From assembly GCA_000934665.2 (NCBI GenBank), contig KZ538113.1, positions 62,001-125,475 on the forward strand: DNA of 63,475 bases, written 5' to 3'. Within the stretch, counting starts at the first letter, position 1, and each line of letters begins with the position of its first letter. Made by a program: the position numbers and the translations under genes. Positions 53,347-63,475 of this stretch are shown here, one piece after another. The notes beneath the pieces were generated by a model, which saw only the letters and a program-made list of their open reading frames with translations, searched no databases and was not told the DNA's origin. The DNA is from Catajapyx aquilonaris. Lineage: Eukaryota.

Positions 53347-53624
53347 CACTGTACTCCCGATTATCAGGGCCAATGGCTGCACTGGTGTCGCCGGATAATC
53401 GGAAACTGCCCCTAGTTACCGTAAAATGAACTATTCACATGTATGAACGGCTGTACTGCTTTAAATTACATTTAATCACCATGAGAGAAATGCCCATAAT
53501 TTTTTTAAAGTTTGTCTTCTGAGAAAAGTCTGGTTTATTTCTTTATTTGCGAGAAAAATTGACATTTTTTGGGACTTTTCGATGTTTTAGCCACGCACGG
53601 ATAATCCCTGATAATCGGGGTGTA
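53347..53624. mobile_element. Degenerate pogo/Tigger-like MITE (about 280 bp)
   Basis: TACTCCCGATTATCAGGG ... CCCTGATAATCGGGGTGTA inverted ends; internal CGGATAATC subrepeats. Confidence 0.6.
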
Positions 53625-53644
53625 TTTCTCAAAAATTAAAGGGT

Positions 53645-53741
53645 GGAATTTTCGTCCCACTGCACTGCTAGCTACTGCTAATAACCAGTGTTGGGGATGG
53701 TTACTGCGAAGTTCAGTGACTAGCAGTGGGACGAAAATTCC
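53645..53741. repeat. Inverted repeat / small MITE
   Basis: GGAATTTTCGTCCCACTGC ... GCAGTGGGACGAAAATTCC (19-bp perfect arms). Confidence 0.7.
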
Positions 53742-54629
53742 TACTATAAATCGTTACATTGGTGAAGTATTATTTAAAAGATTTTTTTTGAGGACTAAAA
53801 TAGACTGAGGCAGAATGGACCAAACCTGCAGATTATGCAACCCAACATCCTCTTTATCTCTGCGGTACACCATGTTTCCAAGCCTGAAACCTCCAGCGCC
53901 ATGTGCTCAGTTTGTTTCGGAAATAAACTAGATGGGGGGCAGGGGGCGGGGAAAAAAAGATGTCATCTCCCAAGACTTCCGGGACCACCCTCGAAATAAT
54001 CTTTATATCTGTCGCCACAGGGGGAATTTTCACCCCTTTCCAAACACACACCAACACACAAAAAAATAGGATTCCTGCCTTGCGCACCCTTCATTCGACG
54101 AGAGAAGTTTTATTTGTCCATGCATGTGCAACATCGCTTCCCCTGTGATTTCCTCTCGGCCTTCCAGATGTCAGCTCTTGTTCCTGATTTTACCCCCACT
54201 GCTCAAGGATAGACGCTTGGTTACATCACTGGAGGAACTACTATCGCTCCAAATGCTATATCTCCTGTGGTGATATTGCCCTTGGGGCAAGCAAAATATT
54301 AGCCCATCAGTCTAGCTGTATAATAGTCGCCCCAAAAAATATTGACAACGTAGCACCAACCCTGATCTACGGTATCGTGACTTGAAATGTTTATGAGGTG
54401 TAGATTTTCCACTCGAACGATTTTTTTTAAAAAAAGTCGCCGGAACCCCCACTGGCTCTCAAGGCTAAGTCCAAGGCCCACTTGTATTAAAACAAGGTTA
54501 AAAGGAATGGGATAGAAACAAGGTGCCAATCGGCTTCTGTTGGCATCTTGGCGATTGTTCACCCCCAGCGACCTGGTTGCCGCAGTAATGAACAATAATT
54601 TTAAAACCATTTATACAGACAGTGATGAA

Positions 54630-54690
54630 CATTAAATATATAATTATATATAATTAATATTAATATTAATATTATATATATAATTATAGT
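54630..54690. repeat. AT-only low-complexity tract
   Basis: (TATTAA)n and (TA)n runs. Confidence 0.9.
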
Positions 54691-54797
54691 GATGGGCATA
54701 TTAGCAGTCCCTAAATGTTTATTTCTCGGCATTGTCGGCGCTGGAGTTACATAGCAACTAAGTACACATTCAGGGACTGATAATATGCCCAGCAATG

Positions 54798-54878
54798 TTA
54801 GTACTGGTGGCGCCACGAGACGTTAGCGGCAATAGATTCTCTTTTTCGGCCATCGGATCGTGACGCCACCAGTACTAA
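54798..54878. mobile_element. Small MITE, GTACTGGTGGCGCCACG-TIR family (copy 1)
   Basis: TTAGTACTGGTGGCGCCACGA ... TCGTGACGCCACCAGTACTAA. Confidence 0.75.
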
Positions 54879-55020
54879 TGTTTACGGTCCTGTTGTTCAA
54901 AGTCCTCTACTCGTATGTAAGAATAGAACTTGCCAATCTCGACCAATATACACCAATATACGTATGTCTTGGCGATTGTTCACCCCAGAAACCTTTTGAG
55001 CTGGTTGCCGCTGTGTACTA

Positions 55021-55177
55021 TAAAGGCCATTTCACAAAAAAAATGTCGCGCGGCAAACGGCGCGACTTGCGGCAAATTTTATTGTTGCCAACAATTGGCA
55101 ACAATAAATATAAATATAAATTTGCCGCAAGTCGCGCCGTTTGCCGCGCGACATTTTTTTTTGTGAAATGGCCTTTA
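55021..55177. mobile_element. Near-perfect 157-bp palindromic foldback element / MITE
   Basis: TAAAGGCCATTTCACAAAAAAAATGTCGCGCGGCAAACGGCGCGACTTGCGGCAAATTT mirrored at the right end (about 59-bp arms, one indel in the A/T run); inner hairpin TTTATTGTTGCCAA-CAA-TTGGCAACAATAAA. Confidence 0.85.
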
Positions 55178-55308
55178 CACGCAAAAAGATTGTCGCTCCA
55201 CTGTATCCGTGTGGTGTCCGCGACTTTTTTGTTTACCCTCCTGCCGCATGACGGTGTTTGGGGGTGATTCGGCACCACACGGATACAGTGCGACAATCTT
55301 TTTGCGTG
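55178..55308. mobile_element. MITE with about 40-bp TIRs, abutting the previous element
   Basis: CACGCAAAAAGATTGTCGC..CACTGTATCCGTGTGGTG ... CACCACACGGATACAGTGCGACAATCTTTTTGCGTG. Confidence 0.8.
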
Positions 55309-56117
55309 TTATAGTACTAATACTAGTGCTGTTGTTCAAGGGCCCCATAATTATTATAAGAGAAATAATATAAGCAAGGTGCCAATATGCGATTTGTTCA
55401 CCCCCCAGCAAAAGGTTTTTTTTTTTAAATTTTGTTGCGGCCCCGCGTGTGAATGACCCGCTTCTATGATTTCATAGCACATTGGCCTCTCTTACAGCTC
55501 TTCGGTTGTGGGAATCCCCCGTCGCACAGCAGCACCATGCATAACCTAGCCCAAAGTGTGTGCAAAAAGCCTCTCTCCAAAACCCCACCCACTATACCCC
55601 CCCTCCCCCCCTACCGTATTGATTTGTCAAACCTCTGGCCACATCTGGATGGATGTGTGGCCTGGGAAGCTACCTCCCTCCCCAACTATATAAGCTAGAA
55701 GTGGAAAATCCAGGCGAGACTACTCGAGCAATCGATCTTCCNCTCCTCCTCCTCTCCCCGCACCCGCGCGCACGGATTCTCAGACCTCAGTCCTAAACAC
55801 TCTGTGCTACCAGATCCATGTGGTTTTACTAGAGTACAGGCCTCCTCCCCCACCTATGGTCACCTCTTTTTGTTTAAAAAGGGGAGAGATATTCAGTACT
55901 TGACCCCACCCTCATTCCCTGTGCACCTGTACCCCCCTCCCTGCACCTGCTGACTGTATTGGTGCTGTTGTGGTGCTGTGGGTGTGAAGAAGTGTTATAG
56001 TGTGTTAACGCAAAACTTTGTGTACAAGTTATATATAGATATATATATAAAAAAACAGTGTTGTGTTGTATGAACCGGACGGTTTTGCTCCCGCCGTTAG
56101 TGTTTGTTAAACTACAG

Positions 56118-56130
56118 GTGTTCGGGACAG
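56118..56130 (+). CDS. Tet: Candidate 13-nt Tet microexon (V-F-G-T plus 1 nt)
   Basis: ctacag|GTGTTCGGGACAG|gtgagt: CAG acceptor and consensus donor. Phase-0 entry gives TEKK-VFGT-(D/G/E/A/V), resembling the post-CXXC KKIVFGADG sequence I recall from Drosophila Tet. Confidence 0.6.
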
Positions 56131-56279
56131 GTGAGTTTGGCAATTAGGCAACCGCGATGGATATATGACGCGCATGCGCATTCCTGCTGGTAGATCCGGA
56201 TGTGTACATGGAGTGCGCATGCGCAAGCCCCGCCCCATGATCCAATCGGTGAATCTCGTACGTTTATTTAAATCATATG

Positions 56280-56356
56280 CAGTGAAACTTGCCTATGTTG
56301 GACACTGAAACTTCCAAGGAATCATATTGGGGTGTCCAACTTCACAAGTTTCACTG
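56280..56356. mobile_element. pogo-like MITE (77 bp)
   Basis: CAGTGAAACTTG..GTTGGACAC ... GTGTCCAAC..CAAGTTTCACTG-TA; left flank is TG rather than TA. Confidence 0.7.
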
Positions 56357-57680
56357 TATGTATTTTTGTGGCCGAATCTCGGCAGTTTAATGAGCAATTA
56401 ATTGACCGTTAAAACCAGGCTTTACGTGATAATTAGACGAAAACGTACGAGGCCGATGGTACCCTGTTGCACCATTGTTGGTACAACTTACACCTAAGTT
56501 TGCACCTGTTATTATGCTCGTAGCTGTTAATAGCTGTAATGTACCACATTGTATGTTAACTGCCATTTAAATGATTGTTATTTTGACCAGTATGACATCA
56601 CTGTGTTACACAATCCACATTTTTTTTCCACCAAGGGTGAGTGACCTCCCAGCAATGACCGCACGTTTTAGGCGGGAAAAACACATGTGACCTGCTCCAA
56701 AAATACAGGTTGTAACATCCCCTATTGGGTGGGTCACCCCTCGTCCTTCCTCAGGTGTTGGAATCCACCTGACCCCCTCTTAAAAGAGGGGGTTCGACCC
56801 ACAGGGGTTGTCCTATAATAGCTTCGGATAGCCCCTCAGGGGGAAGGGGGTGAGGTATAAGTGAAGAGGGGAGGAAAAAAAATTTAAATAGGGGGCAAGG
56901 GGTCATACATATCAGGGTGTGTGTAGGGGGGAGACAAAAATTTTCCGGGCGTTCGTGCGTACATGTACCCCTTTCCCTATCGATTTTTTGGGGGGGCCTT
57001 TTCAGGCATTGCAGAGGTAATTTTCAGCAACGGGGTGCAGGGGGGATAAGGGGGTTGGTAGATACGAGGGGGGGACAGGACACGTCCCACTTCCTGATAG
57101 ATAAGATAGCTGCAAATATGCGGCCACCTCCTCGGTAACAACCTATAGGTTTGTAACTAACGTGTGTTTCATAAGTTGGCTCAATTACTAACAAACTTAA
57201 AATGTGACGGACAAGCTAAATTTTGAAACGTGGCATATTTTTGAGTAGCCTTCAAAAAGTTTTTACACCGATTAGAGCTTCTCTGGGCAAAGTCCAATCG
57301 GGCAAAGGGCCACGAGGGCACCTTTGCCTTTAAATATGTTCCTTTTTTTTTTGGTTTGTAAATGGCTGGGGCCAAGTTTACACCTATTCTGGCGGATGAC
57401 CAGAGAATGCGAGCGTTTAGATACAAGTTTTGGTCCAGGTATCGGTTTGTAGGATGAAGAGTCAAGATATGATATCATCCAATCACTCTAGAGAGTTGCA
57501 ACATCACATTTCCGTTTGTTACAAAGTTGTAGTTAGCAATGAAGCCCAATGAGCGACATTCAAATGGAATTTAATAATTAGTAAATGAAGCAGTGAACAA
57601 ACAACATGAAACACATAATATCACAAAATTGTTGAAGGTTTCAATCTACAATATTAAAATCCTTCGTTATATCTGAGGCT

Positions 57681-57850
57681 TCCGATTGGCCCGACGTTTA
57701 TTGTTAGACCTAAGCTCCCGATTGGCCCCCTTTCTGCGCCTGCGCAATTGGGGAGGAAGCGCCTCTGGTGGGTGGAAGGAGAAATTACTGTTTTGAAGCC
57801 GCACGTGACAAGATGTTATAGTGTCAACATTTTTTTACTGACTTGTGAGT
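57681..57850 (+). promoter_or_regulatory. Candidate intronic promoter
   Basis: Two CCGATTGGCCC reverse CCAAT boxes (57685, 57721), TGCGCCTGCGCA (57735), E-box CACGTG (57802), GTGAGT donor-like site at 57845. Confidence 0.35.
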
Positions 57851-60800
57851 ATAGATATTGCCCTGTTAGCTGGTCAACACAGTTTCTGTCCAATCTAATA
57901 TCACATGGCGTTTTTTTCCACCAAATAACTGCTTCATAAAGAGCAACTTTGCACATAAATAGCCAGAACACATCCACAAAAATTGGCCTCTGAGGTCAAG
58001 CATCTGTGTACTAAATATAGCTGAGGGCTCCCCCACTAGTAACTGGATCTCCCCCAGGTGGGGGGTAATAGTTAACCTCAGGGGAGGTCCAAGCAGGGGA
58101 CATTCCACGTGCCCTTCGAACCGTCTTGATAATAATAATAAAAAAATCTCAGATTTACAAAATAGGGGCCTTTTTAAGGGGCACCTCTCGCACCTCATCC
58201 GTAAAATTCTAGGGGACAAGGTAAGATGAGGGGACTTTCCCCCCTTATGGTGGGGTCATAATTCCCCCTCTTCTCCCTCTGGGGGGGTCACGTGCCAATA
58301 TCACCAATAGAAGGGGGAACTGGTCTGGTGACCCTCTGGGTTTGGGTGACCCCTATCACCCATCTGCATACCCTTTTTTGGCTTGTTAAGATCCGACCCC
58401 ATGACTTGCGGATTAGCCTACTGACATAAGGGGTGGGGGAGAGAGACAGATAGAAAGAGAGAGAAGGGAGGAAAGGAAGGGTGGGGGGAGAAGATAGCCA
58501 TTAATTTGAGCTTGACTTATGAACACAAACCCTCCCTCCCTCTTAAAAAGTTTTGGTAGAGGGTGTGTTGAGTTGAGGGAGAATATTTTGGTATGCCAAC
58601 AGGTTATCGTCAGGTTTGTGAATTGTCTCGAGGTTTGTTTGTTCCGATGTGACACAATGCACGTTGCTCTCTCTCGCTTCTGTGGCAAACGGAGATCTTG
58701 TTCTTATCAGTAACAAAAGGAGAGCTCGAAACGCAAGCCATTGTGTTAGTCTACAACTTCATAATGCAAGCAACACGTGGGAGACGTAAGATTACCCCGG
58801 AGCTTTACTAAAAGTAGGCACGTACTATAAATAGCTGCAAGTTTCGTGATTAAAAGTATGCAAGGCTGTACTGCTATCATTCTGAATTGTAGAGGGCCAC
58901 AGACCTCAAAGGTCCTGTGTTTGATCCTCGAATCAGGCAGATTCATGTTTCATGAAATGATTCCTCATGTTTATTCCGTTATCCCCCCCAATATTTATGG
59001 CCTTAGTTGCTTGGACCAATTATCAAAAAAACCTATACCAATACTGAAATTGGCGATAATTGAGCGGTTGACATGGGAAAGGGCATAAGTCACAGAGAAA
59101 TGTGCATGAAAAATAAAATAAAATTGTATATATTTAAATGCTAAACTCATATTTTGCTTTTCTTTGACTCTCAATGACTTTTTGTAACAAAATCCAACAA
59201 TATAAAGGCTTTTGTGTAATGCTTTCAGGGTGTTCTCAAAACTGTTTTTGTGTGTGTGTGTGCAATTTATGCCATTTCCCATGTCAAAGCCTCAATTGTG
59301 ACAAAAGAGGCTCAACACGTTCACATATTGGCTAAACTGCATTAATATTTAATATTAAAATTTTGCGAATTTACACCATCAGTGTGATAAGAAGCATTTT
59401 TACCTTGCTCGAAACGCTCATACTTTCCTAGCTCAAGCACGTGTCTCCATTCGTAACACGCTCCTTGCAATTACGCAACCATCTCCTCCTGCTCCCCCCC
59501 CCCCTCCTTCTCCATGTGTGTACGAAGCTCTACCAACAACACACGTCACCGCCAACAATTTTAGCCGGCCGTGCAAGCCTTTATAATTCGAATCTTGGAG
59601 GAAGCTCTCCCAAGGCCGACCGCCGCCATAACAAAATATTCGCGCCCTTCGAAAAATGTTTTTGTGCGTCCGCCATTTTTATCCACCTGCTTTCCAAAAC
59701 TTTGCCCTGATGGGCCTCTAATGTTGCGGCAGGTTAAAATTAGCGACTTTTTAAACAATTTTGTGTGGAGATAAAAAAAAAAGTTCGATAAAAAAAGAGG
59801 GGGCGGNGGTCCAAAAAACAAGCGAAGGCCATCTCAGAGTTATCTGGGTGCGTATGCGTGCGTGTTCAGGGGGGGAAAGTCAGACCTTCTCTCCCGGTGC
59901 GGAAGGACTTCTTTTTCCAGTTCTCTGTGCTACAGTGTACTGTACAGGGACCGTACCAGTGTTTGGTTACAACTTAAAAGACAACGCCCAAAAAGTTCAT
60001 CATCCGGGTAGGTCTTTTCTTGCTGTGCAGTTGACTCGTTGTGAAGAGTGCAGTAATCAAAAGTGAAGCGGCCATCAAGGCCATTATGTATAGCTTTGCG
60101 CCATGACCTCAACCGGCTGTATACCAGAAATACGGTTGTTTGTTCGAGGTAAAAGCCAAGGGGGGTATTTTTGAGGACGATTAGAAAACTTCGACTTATT
60201 TTGTGAGGGTGATTTTTGACCCGTTTGTAATGCATGGGGTTCATGAGAGTGGGAAGAAAAGAAAGAAGCGATAGAGGAAACAAAAAAAGGAGGTCACCTC
60301 GAAATCCTTGAGCTGAGGTGACCAAGAATATTCAGTGGTTGAATCTAGTGGCGTTTAAGGATGTAGACGGGACAGCATTTAAATGTACAAGGTGGTACAC
60401 TGCCCAAGACCTTGGTTAGAAAAGGGTGAAGAATTTGGTTGGTTTATAGAAACACTGGAGCAATGCACCATCCTGTATTATGTAGGAAAAGACGGTGTCT
60501 GATTTTACTGTTCAATCAGAAGCGTCTCCTGAATATTTCTAAATGTCTGATTCGATGGTGGTTGCCGCCACGATTCTCCTGTATTACGAATTCGACTAGG
60601 AGAAAAAGCGCTGTTGTCACATTTCGAAATGCAGCAAAGCCCCAAGTTAATTTTTGTGTAACAGTTGAAATATTTGCCAATATGTGCATGGCTTCAAATA
60701 TGCGGAGTTAATTTTGATGGCATTGATAATATTTCAGTATTGCAATGGAATGTTAATTAACGCTATGACTTAAGCAGGGATCGCAATGTGTGCCAATTGC

Positions 60801-61699
60801 ATTTATAAAGAAAAGCAGATATAGCCTTCCACAATGGGTGAAGACTAAACAATTCGCACCATAAAAATCGCGATAAAATAAGTCGAAAATAGGGTACAAA
60901 GCAATTACGGTTCATCCGGCGTGTAATGAGCCAGGCGAGCATGGGCATTCGCTGTAATAACCGAAGCTGGTGTCATGTTGATGTAAACATGCCTAGTTGC
61001 GTAAGCTCTGTTTCATCCATTTACACTAACAGTAAGTAGGACTAATAACGGAATCACTCCGGTGTTTTGAACAGTAAACGGAACACTTACCACGGGAGAA
61101 AACCTTGACCCGGAGGTATATGGAACCAGCCGATTATTATGAGTGGGGGACAAAAAAGCATTTCAGAAATTTTACTGTACGTCGAACGTGACAGGCTTTG
61201 ACAATTAATTACCCGCGCGGCCTTCTTGCTTCGAAAAGGAAAGAAAATTAGCATCACTTTTATGATCGCCGAAGAACCTGGTTCCCACGGGTACTGGGCA
61301 CATTTTTTCTCAATATTTCATGTTCGATCCCCCCTCCTTGTTTCCGTCCCCCCACCGACAAAACATATGACCAACTCATCATATTTCATTCCGAGGGGGG
61401 CCCCTCCCCACGTCAACTTCCGGACGGGCTTCCCCAAAAACGTAAACAAGACCCCCATTATGTATCATTATATTTTTTTTCTCTCTCTCTCCCCATGTTT
61501 TGCGGGGAGAGACCGTCAAAATCTGTGAAGTACGTGTTATGAATGAAGGCCGATGGTGGAAGGGAGGCTATAGGGAAACACCAGAAGCAACAAGCCGACA
61601 AACGTCCTTGCTGGTATCGGGGCCCTCATCGTATAGGCTACAGATATGCCAGGTGGAAAATGATTTTTTTTCTTCTTCTTCTCAACGTGGGTATATGGC

Positions 61700-61891
61700 A
61701 TATTTAGCGACCATAGCAACGGAACCTGTTGCCATGTCAACCATGGCAACCTGGACAAACTTCATTATAGGTGTTCAGATCAAAAATGACAAAAATATGG
61801 TTTGTCATGTTTTCCTACCACACCCATCATTTCATACCCATGCATAGGACAAACAAAACAAACTTCGCCTTTTATATGTTATGTAGATAGA
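61700..61891 (-). mobile_element. Partial Helitron copy (5' portion, minus strand; left boundary approximate)
   Basis: Reverse complement of 61847-61891 reads TCTATCTACATAACATATAAAAGGCGAAGTTTGTTTTGTTTGTCC, followed further on by GTTTGTCCAGGTTGCCATGGTTGACATGGCAAC. No CTAG end seen. Confidence 0.6.
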
Positions 61892-61935
61892 TAATTATTT
61901 CTGTGGGTCGTTACAACCTGTGCTGGACATTAATG

Positions 61936-62034
61936 GTGTCGTACTGTTGGCGCCACGTACGCGAAAAAGCAACCAATACATAACATCGATTCGCTCTTTT
62001 TCTGCCATAGCTCGTGGCGTCACCAGTACGACAC
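61936..62034. mobile_element. Small MITE, same family (copy 2)
   Basis: GTGTCGTACTGTTGGCGCCACG ... CGTGGCGTCACCAGTACGACAC; internal CTCTTTTTC(G/T)GCCAT shared with copy 1. Confidence 0.75.
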
Positions 62035-63229
62035 GACTGTACAGTACATGCTCGATATACTCGATATTTAGTTCATCCTGTAAATTTTGATGCCCACATG
62101 GGCGCGAGCTGGCACGTTCCGGTCCGTGCCGTCCGTTCCAGTCGGTACCACCCTCCCAAATTTTTTAGTATGTCAGGGACACCGCCGGTTAACCCTCAAA
62201 AAATGATGACCACTGGAGTGAATAAGAGGATAGGATCCCGTTATCCTTCTCTTCAGGAGTAGGAGGGGGGGCCTTTTTTTCAAAAAAAAAAAATGGCAAA
62301 AGTCTTACAGAGAGAGCATGCGCGCCAGGTCGGCGACCCCTCCCTAGAAAAATCCGTAACTGGCACATCCACGTGTTGCCAACCATCCTCCTTTTTAACC
62401 TAGCCAAGCCAAGCCTAGAAGAATTTGCACTTTGGCATCACCAAGCCAAAGACCACGTGATTTTTCGGTGGCCCTCTTTTTTTCCCCCCTCGTCTCATTG
62501 TGGAGGAGAAGCTTGGGAGAGAGAAACCAGTCTCGCTTCTGGACTCCGGATTGTTCAGTGGTTCTGTCTGTGCGGTTTTTTACGGGCGCGTGTGTTGTTG
62601 CCATTGGGACTCCTTTTGAGGGCAGTGTAAGTAGAACGGTTCTGTGGGTCAAAGAAAGTACGGAGAGGAGCAAAAGGGGGGGCTTGTTTTCTGTGTACGT
62701 TCGCACGTGCGGCCATAACGGAAACGTGTTGGCGAAAACTGGTCGCGTCCAGTGAGCGAAACGGAAACTGTGGGTGTGTCACGTGTAGGTTTGAAGCTGC
62801 GTGTATCTAGTGGACATTGGCAAGTACAGCAGACTTAACCTTCGTACAGTACTCTCGAAGTCGCTTCAGGCCGTTGCCCCAGTTTTAAACTGAATTAATA
62901 TCAGCTTCGCAAATAAAATTCCCATTCATGTAGACTAGTTGGAATATGCTATTCATGGCTGTCTACTGTTATAACAGTTGTTACGAAGTGTTTGCCAATA
63001 TATACTGGAACGTGGCATGTTCAGTTTTAGCCACAAACAATATGCCATCATTGATAGCGTAAATAGTAACAGTCCTGAAATAACTGATAAAAATAAATAG
63101 CTTGGTACCAAAAAGTCGCCAACCATTATTGGACACTCATAAATGGAGGCATGTGTACTATTTATTCAATTTCCAACGTACAGCACGTAGGATTTTTCAC
63201 TATTTACCTGATTTTCACAGAAGGTCATA

Positions 63230-63278
63230 CAGGGTGACTCAAATATGTAATATGTGTCCATACTTTTGAGTCACCCTG
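63230..63278. mobile_element. Minimal mariner-like MITE (49 bp), TIR related to 45519-45771
   Basis: TA-CAGGGTGACTCAAA ... TTTGAGTCACCCTG-TA. Confidence 0.8.
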
Positions 63279-63475
63279 TATATTGTGTAATAGTCCTGAG
63301 AGAGTACTTTGTCAGTATTCTTCCGAAGCAATTTAACCCGTTTGATATACAAACTTTAATCCCATATCTAGAAAATCACTCGAGTGTAACGCAGATTGTT
63401 CTGCATCAGTTTTTCTAAATCCAAATAGAACTGACCTCTCAGGTAACCTGTAATAACTCTGCCTGCCCCCCCCCC

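Noticed and set aside
58890..58942. tRNA T-arm-like string (AAAGGTCCTGTGTTTGATCC)
   Set aside because: Too degenerate and no acceptor stem.

Overview
Eukaryotic, almost certainly arthropod, genomic DNA that is mostly non-coding. One gene is supported: a + strand Tet (TET/DMAD dioxygenase) locus. Its large first coding exon (CDS 42922-44130, acceptor before 42900, donor at 44131) ends in a TET3/IDAX-type CXXC zinc finger. A candidate 13-nt microexon (56118-56130, VFGT) continues the frame 12 kb downstream; the catalytic exons are not in the window. The ~42 kb upstream and the intron hold no other recognisable coding sequence but many small mobile elements. These include a non-autonomous Helitron family (one complete copy with a nested pogo MITE, a 7-unit head-to-tail array ~3 kb upstream of the Tet start codon, and two more dispersed copies), several mariner- and pogo-like MITEs, long palindromes and a second degenerate tandem array. 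There are also microsatellites, candidate promoters (NRF1/Ewg, CCAAT, TATA, X-box motifs) and one assembly gap. No evidence of a novel multi-gene system; family assignments come from recognition and recall, not from database searches.
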